Assembly: GCA_963666215.2 (NCBI GenBank)
Contig: CAXWPL010000005.1
Coordinates: 800,001 to 864,000 of the forward strand
Origin: Acidobacteriota bacterium
GTDB taxonomy: Bacteria > Acidobacteriota > UBA890 > WLXD01
Direction of reading: 5' to 3'
Length of the DNA stretch: 64,000 nt
In this document: positions 41,277-50,729 of the stretch, in pieces
Layout of the letters: every line of letters begins with the position of its first letter
How positions within the stretch are numbered: position 1 is the stretch's first letter
Notes under the pieces: model-generated
Seen by the model: only the letters and a program-made list of their open reading frames with translations
What the model was told of the DNA's origin: nothing
The model's database searches: none
Position numbers and translations under genes: made by a program

Positions 41277-43291
41277 ACGCTCAAGCAACCACACTGCTCG
41301 CACTCGAAGCCCTCCTCAAAGGCGCGGCGTTGATGACCATCGCGCTGCTCGTAACCGCGGCGCTGCGACGCGCCTCGGCGTCGATGCGCTACGGCGTGTG
41401 GACAGCGACTTTCGCCGGACTCCTGGCGTTGCCGGTTCTCGCCGCCTCGCTGCCGCCGCTGCACATTCCGATCATGCCGATGGGGCCCGTGGAGCAGCTC
41501 GCCTCGAGTGCGCCACCGGCGTCGAATCGTGACGCCGCGCTCGAGAGCTCGGCACGGCAGATCGACGGAAACGAAAACCATTTGGGCCAGCTCGCGAATG
41601 CGCCGATGACCGTCGGCGCTTCGAGCACGGCGGAACAACCGCCCACGTCGGCGAGCCGCATTGTGACGCTGGCGCTGTCGCTGTGGCTGGCTGGAGCCGT
41701 CGTGCTTCTGGCACGACTTGGCTGGGGCGCCCTATCGGCGCACCGCCTTGCAGCCGCGGCGCTGCCTCTCGACGACACTCGGTGGGCCGGCTCAGCCCAA
41801 CGGCTGGCCCGTCAGCTCGGCCTGAAGCGCCAGGTGCGCATCGCCCATACCGACAAGATCTCACTGCCAATGTCATGCGGGCTTCTGCGCCCCACCGTGC
41901 TGTTGCCCAGCCAGGCGCGCTCCTGGTCGCGCGAACGGCGCGACGTGGTGTTGCTGCACGAGTTATCACACCTGCAGCGGCGAGATTGCGAGGTCCAGCT
42001 ACTTGCCCGGGTAGCGAGCGCGTTGCACTGGTTCAACCCGCTCGTCTGGGTGGCCACGCGCCGTCACGAAGCGGAGCGTGAACACGCCTGCGACGACGCG
42101 GTGTTGCGTGCTGGAGCACGCCCGAGCGACTACGCTCAGCACCTCCTGGACGTCGCACGCGGCGCGGCTGCGGGCCGGCCTGCACTCACCGTTGCTACCG
42201 TTTCGATGGCGAGGCGATCGCAGCTCGAGGGACGCCTGCTCGCGGTTCTCGACCCAAAGCTCGACCGGCGATCTCTGACGGCGCCGACCTCCTCCGTGGC
42301 ACTCGTCGCCGCTCTTCTGCTCACGGTGCCGATCGCGGCGCTGCAACCCTGGAGCGCGGCGGCCGCAACCGAGACTGCGCTCGTGCAGATGCAGACCGAT
42401 ACCTCGCAGACCACCAAACCAGCCAGAACCCCTCGAACCAAGGCTCAGGCCGCGCCGAACGCAACAACCCACGCCAGGACCGCGCCCAAGAGCCAAGCTG
42501 ACGCCGGCGAAGTGGAACAAGCGGAACGAGCCGAGCGCAGTAGCCGTGTCGTCGCGGCCATGGTTCGGGTACTGGAGGAGGGCGATCCAGGGATGCGCCG
42601 ACAGGCGGTTCACGCTTTGGGTATGAGCGAGAGCCTCGCAGCGGTGCCGGCTCTGGCAGCAGCGCTGCAGCGCGACGCCGTTGCCGATGTGCGGAGTCAG
42701 GCTGCGTGGGCTCTCGGCATGATCGAGTCGGCCGAAGCGGTCGACTCGCTGTCGAGTGCGCTGAGCGACGAGGAAGCCACCGTCCGCAGCCAGGCTGCTT
42801 GGGCCCTCGGCATGATCGAGTCTCCTGACGGCGTCGATGCCCTAGCGAGGGCGATGAGCGACGCCGAAACCGACGTCCGCAGCCAGGCAGCGTGGGCTCT
42901 CGCCATGATTGAGTCTCCCGAGGGCGTCTCGGCACTGTCGAGCGCGTTGAGCGACGGTGAGACCACCGTCCGTAGCCAGGCGGCCTGGGCTCTCGGCATG
43001 ATCGAGTCTCCCGACGGCGTGGCGCCTCTGCTCGGCGTGCTCGGAGACGCCAACGTCACCGTGCGGGCGCAGGCGGTGTGGGCTCTCGGCATGATCGAGG
43101 ACAGCAGCGCCGTCGACGCGCTCGTCGGAATGCTACGCGGCGACGCCGAGTCCAAGGTCCGCAGCCAAGCGGCCTGGGCACTGGGCATGATCGAAGATGC
43201 CAGCGCCGCGGATGCCCTGATCGATGCCATCGAGGACGAGGACAAGGAGGTCCGCGAGCAAGCGCTGCGGGCTCTCGGGCGGGTGATGTAA
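41273..43291 (+). CDS. M56 (BlaR1/MecR1-like) peptidase sensor with C-terminal HEAT (PBS-lyase-like) repeats
   Basis: HELSH..RRD, HWFNP, EREHACDD; eight 31-aa VRSQAAWALGMIES repeats. Confidence 0.9.
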   Translation: MNAQATTLLALEALLKGAALMTIALLVTAALRRASASMRYGVWTATFAGLLALPVLAASLPPLHIPIMPMGPVEQLASSAPPASNRDAALESSARQIDGNENHLGQLANAPMTVGASSTAEQPPTSASRIVTLALSLWLAGAVVLLARLGWGALSAHRLAAAALPLDDTRWAGSAQRLARQLGLKRQVRIAHTDKISLPMSCGLLRPTVLLPSQARSWSRERRDVVLLHELSHLQRRDCEVQLLARVASALHWFNPLVWVATRRHEAEREHACDDAVLRAGARPSDYAQHLLDVARGAAAGRPALTVATVSMARRSQLEGRLLAVLDPKLDRRSLTAPTSSVALVAALLLTVPIAALQPWSAAAATETALVQMQTDTSQTTKPARTPRTKAQAAPNATTHARTAPKSQADAGEVEQAERAERSSRVVAAMVRVLEEGDPGMRRQAVHALGMSESLAAVPALAAALQRDAVADVRSQAAWALGMIESAEAVDSLSSALSDEEATVRSQAAWALGMIESPDGVDALARAMSDAETDVRSQAAWALAMIESPEGVSALSSALSDGETTVRSQAAWALGMIESPDGVAPLLGVLGDANVTVRAQAVWALGMIEDSSAVDALVGMLRGDAESKVRSQAAWALGMIEDASAADALIDAIEDEDKEVREQALRALGRVM

Positions 43292-43310
43292 GCCAACTAG
43301 CGGGACCGGG

Positions 43311-43339
43311 GACCCCGGCAAAGGCCGGGGTCTTCTTTT
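43311..43339 (+). terminator. Intrinsic terminator
   Basis: GACCCCGGC-aaag-GCCGGGGTC followed by TTCTTTT. Confidence 0.85.
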
Positions 43340-43349
43340 GGCCTTCCTA

Positions 43350-43365
43350 TGCTAATTTTCTACCA
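43350..43365. promoter_or_regulatory. Third BlaI-type operator upstream of the secreted HEAT gene
   Basis: TGCTAATTTTCTACCA, 13/16 identical to the 40802 site. Confidence 0.55.
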
Positions 43366-43429
43366 CCTGGCGGTGGGCGATCACCTGCGCCAGCCGCACG
43401 ACCACACAACCAAGTTGCCGGAGACAATC

Positions 43430-44749
43430 ATGGAAGAACGTCGCAGTCGCCTTCTGGCCCTTTTCTCGTTCTCACTGCTGTTCGCTCTGTGTGCCATCGT
43501 CGCCGCATTGGCAACCGCTGCGCCAGGTGCCGCCAGTGGCTCGCGAAACGAGCCCGCCGCGCCACAGGACCCACAGGCGGAACCGTTCGACCACCTCATC
43601 AGAGCTCTCTCCTCTCCCGACGCCACGGAGCGCGCGATCGCCGCCTGCGAAATCGGCCGTGGCAATCAAGAGCTCGCTCGGCGAGCTCTCGACTCGCTAC
43701 TGGCGATGCTCGGCGACGATGCTCCGGTCGGAGGGCGGCTGTGCCGTGAATCGGGATCGGGACACTGGTGGGGCGATAGACCAAGGGAGGACAGCTCTCC
43801 CGGTCGCGAAGCGGCGATCGCGATCGAGGAGGCCGGCAGCGTTGCGCTCGGGCCCCTCGGGGGTGTGCTGCGCACTGGCGCGCCCGCCGCTCGACGACAT
43901 GCGGCGTTCGCTCTCGGCCTGATCGAGAGCCCACAATCCATCGACCCTCTGACGACAGCGCTGCAGAGCGACGAAGCCGCGCCGGTCCGCGCACGTGCTG
44001 CGTGGGCAATCGGCATGATTGAAAGCTCGCGAGGCGTCGACCCCCTCTCCGCGGCGCTCTCCGATCCATCTGCCGAAGTCCGCGAGCAGGCCGCCTGGGG
44101 GCTCGGCATGATCGAGTCGGCTGACGGCGTCGAAGCACTGACGCGAGCGCTGCGAGACTCCACGACAGGGGTCAGAGAACAAGCTGCGTGGGCGCTGGGG
44201 ATGATCGAGTCGGCAGCGGGTGTCGCCGCCCTCAGCACCGCCATCGGAGACGATTCCGCAGAAGTCCGTGCACAAGCCGCCTGGGGGCTCGGCATGATCG
44301 AGTCGGCCGACGGCGTTGAAGGGCTGACGCGAGCGGTGCGGGACCCCTCGGCAGAGGTCAGAGCACAAGCTGCATGGGCGCTGGGGATGATCGAATCGGC
44401 AGCCGGTGTCCCCGACCTCAGCACCGCCATCGGAGACGATTCCACAAAGGTCAGAGCACAAGCGGCCTGGGCTCTCAGCATGATCGAGAGCCGCGATGGC
44501 ACCGCACTGCTCGTCGGTGCTCTGCGCGATCGCGAGGCGGAGGTGAGGCGCCAGGCAGCATGGGGTCTCGGGATGGTGGAGGATGCCGCCGCCGCCGACT
44601 CGCTGGTCGAGGCGCTCGACGACGAGGACGCCGAAGTCCGCCGGCAGGCGCTCTGGGCACTATCGCGGGTGATCGACGACCTGGACGACCTGAGCGTCAG
44701 CCCGTCGGAGCTCGCCGACCGTCTACGACGGGCTCGTCGACGCCAGTAG
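43430..44749 (+). CDS. Secreted HEAT-repeat protein (start ATG 43430)
   Basis: GGAGA SD; signal peptide; about nine VRxQAAWxLGMIES repeats. Confidence 0.85.
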   Translation: MEERRSRLLALFSFSLLFALCAIVAALATAAPGAASGSRNEPAAPQDPQAEPFDHLIRALSSPDATERAIAACEIGRGNQELARRALDSLLAMLGDDAPVGGRLCRESGSGHWWGDRPREDSSPGREAAIAIEEAGSVALGPLGGVLRTGAPAARRHAAFALGLIESPQSIDPLTTALQSDEAAPVRARAAWAIGMIESSRGVDPLSAALSDPSAEVREQAAWGLGMIESADGVEALTRALRDSTTGVREQAAWALGMIESAAGVAALSTAIGDDSAEVRAQAAWGLGMIESADGVEGLTRAVRDPSAEVRAQAAWALGMIESAAGVPDLSTAIGDDSTKVRAQAAWALSMIESRDGTALLVGALRDREAEVRRQAAWGLGMVEDAAAADSLVEALDDEDAEVRRQALWALSRVIDDLDDLSVSPSELADRLRRARRRQ

Positions 44750-44848
44750 TCGATCGTAGCGTCGGCACCAGGCGGAGTGCCAGGGGACCTCGGCCGGCCG
44801 TCGCTGTACCATCTCGGGACCATTCGCCCTTCCAACATGGAGCCGCGC

Positions 44849-45739
44849 ATGAAGCCCGTCTGCCGCCACATCGCCGTCCTCGCAACTGCCGCCCTGCTGT
44901 TTTCGTCTACGCCGGCCCACGGCCAGTCGGTCGGGCCGAGCAACGGCTGGCTCGTGATTGTCGGCGGCGCCATGCGTGATCCAGCGATTCTCGATCGTTT
45001 CTTGACGCTTGCGGGAGGTGTCGAGGGCCCTGTGGTCGTCATCCCCACGGCCGGGGGCGCCGAGACGTACGACGAAAGCTGGCCGGGACTGAACATGTTT
45101 CGCGACGCGGGTGCGACCGACGTCACACTGCTGCACACCTACGACCGCGCCGTCGCCAACACGAAGGAGTTCGCCGAGCCTCTCACGCGCGCCCGCGCCG
45201 TCTGGTTCGGCGGCGGACGTCAGTGGAGACTCGTTGACTCCTACGCCGGGACGGAGGTCGAGAAAGAGGTGAGCAACGTGCTGCGCCGAGGCGGCGTGGT
45301 TGGCGGCTCGTCGGCCGGGGCCACCATCCAGGGGTCGTACCTGGCGCGCGGCGACACGGCCACGAACACCGTGATGATGGAAGACCACGAGGAGGGCTTC
45401 GGCTACCTCAGAAACGTCGCCATCGATCAGCACCTCCTGGCGCGGAACCGGCACTTCGACATGTTGGAAATTATCCAGGCGCGCCCGGATCTGCTTGGCA
45501 TCGGGCTCGATGAGAACGCCGCAATCGTCGTTCGCGGCGACGAATTCGAGGTCATCGGCCAGAGCTACGTCGCCATTTTCGACCGCAAGCGGCAGATCGA
45601 TACCGGCGGGCTCTTCTACTTCTTGTCGCCCGGCGATCGCTACAACCTGCAGACTCGAGAGCCCTTCCGCCCGCGCATGGCTCTCGAGCCCCTCGAGCGC
45701 GTGGTCCGGCGCGATTGGCCGGAGGGCGAGCAGCCGTAG
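44849..45739 (+). CDS. Secreted cyanophycinase-like S51 peptidase
   Basis: LVIVGG, IPTA, WFGGGRQ, GGSSAGA, IDQH, GIGLDENAA; signal peptide. Confidence 0.88.
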   Translation: MKPVCRHIAVLATAALLFSSTPAHGQSVGPSNGWLVIVGGAMRDPAILDRFLTLAGGVEGPVVVIPTAGGAETYDESWPGLNMFRDAGATDVTLLHTYDRAVANTKEFAEPLTRARAVWFGGGRQWRLVDSYAGTEVEKEVSNVLRRGGVVGGSSAGATIQGSYLARGDTATNTVMMEDHEEGFGYLRNVAIDQHLLARNRHFDMLEIIQARPDLLGIGLDENAAIVVRGDEFEVIGQSYVAIFDRKRQIDTGGLFYFLSPGDRYNLQTREPFRPRMALEPLERVVRRDWPEGEQP

Positions 45740-45755
45740 GGGGTGTTGAAGTCGT

Positions 45756-45872
45756 CTACCCCGGCGGATTGCTCGTGTCGATCGTTACCAACTCGAGCAG
45801 CATGGCGATCGCTTGGTCGCGGCGCGCCTCGATCGCCTCGCCGAGCGCAACATCGTTTTCGCTGGCACGCAT
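45756..45872 (-). pseudogene. Remnant N-terminus of an ArgE/DapE-like M20 hydrolase
   Basis: Translates to MRASENDVALGEAIEARRDQAIAMLLELVTIDTSNPPG*. Confidence 0.6.
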
Positions 45873-45895
45873 GCCCACAATGTACCCTCTGGCTC

Positions 45896-47656
45896 ATGGA
45901 TAAACGGCAGGGCGCGCGGAGGGGCTCAGGCGCCACGAAGATGATCGTGGCCAGCCTGATGATGATGACCACAATCGCATCCTGCGCCGAGACGCCGCTG
46001 CCTTTGCCGGACACCGAAAGCGGCTCTCCGCCACCCATGGCGGTCGTCAACGCGAGGATCTGGACCGGTGACACCAGCCTGCCACGCGCCGAGGCGCTGG
46101 CTACGCGGTCCGGCCGCGTCACGGCCATCGGCTCCAATACCGAGATCGAGAGCCTGATCGCCGCGGCAGCCAACTCGGAGGACGCGTACGAAGTGGTCGA
46201 TGCCGGCGGCGCGATGCTCGTCCCGGGCTTTATCGACAGCCACACGCACTTCATCTTCGGCGGCTTCAACCTGTCGTCGGTGCAGCTGCGTGATGCCGCG
46301 TCGCCGCAGGAATTCGCGCGGCGCATCGCCGCCTTCGCTCAAACGATGGCACCCGACACTTGGATCCTCGGCGGCGACTGGGACCACGAGCTCTGGGGTG
46401 GTGCGCTTCCGCATCGCGACTGGATCGACGTGCTGACGCCCGATACGCCGGTCTGGGTGAGCCGCCTCGACGGGCATATGGGCGTCGCCAACAGTGCCGC
46501 GCTCGCCGCGGCAGGGATTGACCGCAACACCCCCGATGTCGATGGCGGCACCATCGTGCGCCATTACGACGGCGAGCCCACCGGGGTGTTGAAGGACAAC
46601 GCCATGGCCCTCATCGAGGCCGCGATACCCAGCCCTCCGCCCGAGTTGACTGATCGTGCAGTCGGCGCGGCGATGCGGCACGCCGTTGAGCGCGGCGTCA
46701 CCAGCGTGCACGACATGGGAACGTGGTCCGATCTCGAGGCCTTCCGGCGCTACGCGAGGAACAACCCCGAGCCGGACACTCGCATCCATTCATGCGTGCC
46801 TCTGCCCACCTGGGAGCGTCTGCGCGACGAGATCGCGGCCAACGGAAGCGGCGACGAGTGGGTTCGGATCGGCTGTCTGAAGGCGATGGTCGACGGTTCG
46901 CTCGGTTCGCACACTGCGGCCTTCTTCGAGCCCTTCACGGACGCCCCCGAGAACACCGGCTTGCTCGTCAATAGCCCCGCGGATCTTCTCGAGTGGACCG
47001 CCGCGGCCGACGCGGTCGGCTTGCAGGTGAACGTCCATGCCATCGGTGACCGCGCGATCGACACCCAGCTGTCGATCTTCGAACGCGTGGCGCTCGACAA
47101 CGGCGAGCGTGATCGTCGCTTCAGAATCGAGCACGCGCAGCACCCGCGCGCCGACGACATCGCACGCTTCGCGCGCCTGTCGGTGATCCCGAGCATGCAG
47201 CCGTACCACGCCATCGACGACGGCCGCTGGGCGGAGCGCGTGATCGGTCGCGAGCGCGTCCGCACGTCGTACGCGTTTCGCACAATGCTCGATGTCGGCG
47301 CCCGGCTCGTTTTCGGTAGCGACTGGTCGGTGGCGCCGCTCGACCCGATCCAGGGCATCTACGCCGCCACGACTCGGCGCACGATCGACGGTGCCAACCC
47401 CGACGGCTGGGTGCCGGAACAGCGCATCGGTGTCGAGGAAGCTTTGCGTGCGTACACGATCGACGCCGCCTACGCCGCGTTCGAGGAGGGTACGAAGGGC
47501 TCTCTGGAAACCGGCAAGGTCGCCGACTTCGTGATCCTCGATCGCGACCTGACCGTCGTCGAGCCGACGGAGTTCGGAGACGTACGCGTGCTGGCGACGA
47601 TTGTCGGGGGCAAGATCAGGTTCGCCGACGCCGATTGGACCTCCCGTCGGCGCTAG
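45896..47656 (+). CDS. YtcJ-like amidohydrolase 3 family lipoprotein
   Basis: PGFIDSHTH, RLDGH, DGSLGS, HAIGD, RIEHAQ, FGSDW. Confidence 0.92.
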   Translation: MDKRQGARRGSGATKMIVASLMMMTTIASCAETPLPLPDTESGSPPPMAVVNARIWTGDTSLPRAEALATRSGRVTAIGSNTEIESLIAAAANSEDAYEVVDAGGAMLVPGFIDSHTHFIFGGFNLSSVQLRDAASPQEFARRIAAFAQTMAPDTWILGGDWDHELWGGALPHRDWIDVLTPDTPVWVSRLDGHMGVANSAALAAAGIDRNTPDVDGGTIVRHYDGEPTGVLKDNAMALIEAAIPSPPPELTDRAVGAAMRHAVERGVTSVHDMGTWSDLEAFRRYARNNPEPDTRIHSCVPLPTWERLRDEIAANGSGDEWVRIGCLKAMVDGSLGSHTAAFFEPFTDAPENTGLLVNSPADLLEWTAAADAVGLQVNVHAIGDRAIDTQLSIFERVALDNGERDRRFRIEHAQHPRADDIARFARLSVIPSMQPYHAIDDGRWAERVIGRERVRTSYAFRTMLDVGARLVFGSDWSVAPLDPIQGIYAATTRRTIDGANPDGWVPEQRIGVEEALRAYTIDAAYAAFEEGTKGSLETGKVADFVILDRDLTVVEPTEFGDVRVLATIVGGKIRFADADWTSRRR

Positions 47657-47664
47657 CAGCCCCG

Positions 47665-48633
47665 TCAGGCTGCGCTGTCTCGTCCGCGCGGACGCCGCAG
47701 GATCACGAAATTCGACGCCAGGATCAACAGACCACCGAGCCCGACCCGGCCGGTAAGCGACTGTCCCAACAGAAGCGCCGCCAACAACGCCGCGCTGATC
47801 GGCTCGAACAGCAGCAGAACACCCGCGACCATCGCCTCGACGCGCCGCATGCCCCACATCGTGATGACTGCCGGCCCTATGCCCGCTACCAGCACGAAAG
47901 CGCCGACGGCCGGAGCGTTGCTGAGGTACATGCCGAAATCGAGTCGGGTCAGGATCGGCTCCGACGTTAACAGCTTCGCCGCCGGAAGCGCCAACAGCAA
48001 CCACAACGAGGAGAACGCGCAGTAGCCGCAGGCGGTGGTTATGGCGGGCAGCCCGCGCAGTCGTGCTCGGCGGCCAAGGACAACCCAGCACGACAGCAGA
48101 AACCCGCCGAAGAGAGCCGCGACCAAGCCAATCGCGGCGGCGCGATCCCCGAGGTCGGCGCCGAAGCCAAGACCCCCTGGCTGGATCAGCACTGCCACGC
48201 CCGCCAGCGCGAGCGCGATAGCCACCAGCTTGCGGCGGCTCACCTTCTCTCGCAGTAGAGCTCTTCCCAGGATCACGGTCCAGATCGGCTGCGAGTACAG
48301 CAGCAGCGCTACCGTCGCCACCGGCACACCAAGCACGATCCCCAGGAATTGACTGAGCTGCAACGCCGCACCGACTAGCCCGAAGAGCGCCAAGGACGCG
48401 AAATCGGAGCGGCGAGGCCGCAGCCTTCGGAAACCGAGCACGACCGGCGCCAGAACAATCGCGACGCCCATCACGATCATCAGCGAGATCTCGTAGAGCG
48501 ACAGCCCGCGAGCGCGGAAGAAAGCGCCGCCGACGGTAATCATGCCGTACAACGATGCGCCAACCACAACCGCTAGCAGATCGATGCCACGGGTCGCCAC
48601 CGACGTCGCCGCCGGGGCCGCGGCCGGGCTCAA
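47665..48633 (-). CDS. DMT/EamA family transporter
   Basis: Two EamA repeats; LLYSQPIW, LFEPISA. Confidence 0.88.
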   Translation of the reverse strand: MSPAAAPAATSVATRGIDLLAVVVGASLYGMITVGGAFFRARGLSLYEISLMIVMGVAIVLAPVVLGFRRLRPRRSDFASLALFGLVGAALQLSQFLGIVLGVPVATVALLLYSQPIWTVILGRALLREKVSRRKLVAIALALAGVAVLIQPGGLGFGADLGDRAAAIGLVAALFGGFLLSCWVVLGRRARLRGLPAITTACGYCAFSSLWLLLALPAAKLLTSEPILTRLDFGMYLSNAPAVGAFVLVAGIGPAVITMWGMRRVEAMVAGVLLLFEPISAALLAALLLGQSLTGRVGLGGLLILASNFVILRRPRGRDSAA

Positions 48634-48708
48634 CCGATCGCCGCGGAGATCTTGCGGGAGAAGCTCTTGCGGCAGGACTCTTTCAGGAGAAATCTCTCAG
48701 GAAGGTCT

Positions 48709-49752
48709 TCAGGAAGGCCGCAGCCACTCGGACAGCTGCGCGAGGTCGGCATTGCCGCCGCTGATGATGACCCCCACCCTGGCTCCGGCGGGAGGCTGCA
48801 CCGCACCTTGGAGCAGCGCGGCCAAACCGAGAACGCCGGTCGGCTCAACAACAAGCTTGAGCCGCTCCATCGCGAAGCGCAGCGTCTCGACCAGCGCGTC
48901 GTCGCTGACGGTGGCCATTTCATCGACACGCTCGAGCACCAACGGGAAGGTGATCTCACCGAGTGACGGCGTCCGGGCCCCATCGGCGATGGTGTCGGGG
49001 TTGTCGACATACTGCAGCGTGCGAGTGTGGAAGGAGCGCGTAGCGTCGTCGCCCGCGTCCGGCTCTATACCGACAACGCGGCAGCGGGGAATCAACCCCT
49101 TGACCGCGGTCGCGGTGCCCGAGAGCAACCCACCACCACCGCAGGGCGTGAGAACGTAGTCGAGAAGATCGTTGTTTCCGTCTTCCCGCTCCCCTTCCGA
49201 CGCCCCGGCAAGCTGCTCGACGAGCTCGAGACCGGCGGTGCCCTGACCTGCGATCACGTCGCGGTGATCGAAGGGCGGGATCAAGGTGAGCCCGCGCTCG
49301 AGTGCAAGGCGGTGGCCGATCGCCTCCCGAGTCTCGGAATCGGGATCGAACCGGTCGTAGGTCACCACCTCGGCGCCATAACCTCGCGTCGCGGCGAGCT
49401 TCACCGCGGGAGAGTCGACTGGCATCACGATTGTGACGGGGACATGCAGAAGACTCCCCGCCAGCGCCAGCGCCTGGGCGTGATTGCCCGATGAGTAGGC
49501 CACCGCTCCGCGCGCGCGTGCACGCTGGTCGAGAAGCGCCAGGGCGTTGTAGGCGCCGCGGAACTTGAAGGCTCCGGCTCGCTGCAGGTTCTCGCACTTG
49601 AGAAAGACCTTGCAGCCAAGCCGCTCATCAAGAGTGCGAGAGGTCATGACGGGCGTGCGAAGCGCGACGCCGCGCAGCCGCTGCGCGGCAGCGACGACGT
49701 CACGGTGGCCCACCGGACCTGCCCATTCCACCATCTCTGGCTGCTCTACCAT
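48709..49752 (-). CDS. PLP-dependent threonine/serine dehydratase family (hydroxyaspartate ammonia-lyase-like)
   Basis: KCENLQRAGAFKFRGA, SSGNHA, GGGGL, SGGN. Confidence 0.92.
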   Translation of the reverse strand: MVEQPEMVEWAGPVGHRDVVAAAQRLRGVALRTPVMTSRTLDERLGCKVFLKCENLQRAGAFKFRGAYNALALLDQRARARGAVAYSSGNHAQALALAGSLLHVPVTIVMPVDSPAVKLAATRGYGAEVVTYDRFDPDSETREAIGHRLALERGLTLIPPFDHRDVIAGQGTAGLELVEQLAGASEGEREDGNNDLLDYVLTPCGGGGLLSGTATAVKGLIPRCRVVGIEPDAGDDATRSFHTRTLQYVDNPDTIADGARTPSLGEITFPLVLERVDEMATVSDDALVETLRFAMERLKLVVEPTGVLGLAALLQGAVQPPAGARVGVIISGGNADLAQLSEWLRPS

Positions 49753-50534
49753 TCAGGAGGCACGAACTCGCACGCGTCGACCGCCTTGAACTTGCCGCCG
49801 TCCTGCTCGACGAGCTCGAATTCCACGATCGTGTGACGCCGTTTGAGCGCGGCGAAATCCTCGTTGCTGAGCGCGCGGCCGTCCAGGTCAACGAAGTCGT
49901 TGATGTGCATGAAAACGTCGCCGCGCCGAGCATCAACCTCGAGTCCAGTTTGCACGGTAAGAAAACCGAAGCCCTTTTCCTCGACTACGTGATGCATGGT
50001 TCCGCGCATACGGTTCGGCTCTTCCCTCGAGTCGGGCAGGATTCCCGGATAGAGGAACCCGGAGTAGTGATGATCCACCTCCCGGCGAAGCCTGGCGCTT
50101 GTGTTGGAGAAAGACAGTAGGTCCACGCGCTTGCCCTTGGACTGCAGCGCGTGGACGAGCCTGACGAAGTTTCCGTCGCCGCTGCCGATGACAACGCAGT
50201 CGAGCTTCTCCGATTGCAGCAGCGCGTCCACGGCGAGCTCCAGGTCGACATCGGCCCGCGAGTACACCTCGCCGTCCTCAGAGTGGTAACGCTGCACCTC
50301 TTTGAGGACCAGATGAAAGCCTTCGCGACGCACCGCGTCGCGGTACTCCGACTTCTTGAGGCGGTACTCCGGATCCTGCTCCTCGCGCTGACGATCTACC
50401 GCCATGTAGGCGTTAGCCCGCAGCACGGTGCATCCCTGAGCCTCTACGAGCTCCTTGACGGCCTTGAAGCGGATGCCCCAGCCACCGCAACGAACGAGAT
50501 TCTCGACATCCACAAAGATCGCGGCTCGGAGCAT
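49746..50534 (-). CDS. NYN (LabA/DUF88, PIN-like) domain fused to a cold-shock domain
   Basis: FVDVENL, VDLELAVD, SGDGNF; KGFGFL..DVFMH..VEFEL cold-shock RNP motifs. Confidence 0.85.
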   Translation of the reverse strand: MLRAAIFVDVENLVRCGGWGIRFKAVKELVEAQGCTVLRANAYMAVDRQREEQDPEYRLKKSEYRDAVRREGFHLVLKEVQRYHSEDGEVYSRADVDLELAVDALLQSEKLDCVVIGSGDGNFVRLVHALQSKGKRVDLLSFSNTSARLRREVDHHYSGFLYPGILPDSREEPNRMRGTMHHVVEEKGFGFLTVQTGLEVDARRGDVFMHINDFVDLDGRALSNEDFAALKRRHTIVEFELVEQDGGKFKAVDACEFVPPEW

Positions 50535-50729
50535 GAGAAGACTCCTGATCGATACGCTACGACAGCTCAAAAAATCAAAGATGACAGCGAAAGCTTAGCG
50601 TACGGAGTCCTCGGTACTCGACGACACTCATTGTGTCTTCGTTGCCCTAGGTGTGTTTTCTGAGAAGATTCTTCACGTCAGGGCTCACTTCGGGGAGCGA
50701 TCGGCTCGACCTGCGCGCGCAGGGCCCGT

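Noticed and set aside
43349-43429. Upstream ATG for the HEAT gene given by the ORF track
   Set aside because: It lies within the operator-like site; the SD and signal peptide favour 43430
42590-44660. Regular 93-bp repeats resembling a CRISPR array
   Set aside because: They are in-frame coding HEAT repeats with synonymous variation, with no unique spacers and no cas genes
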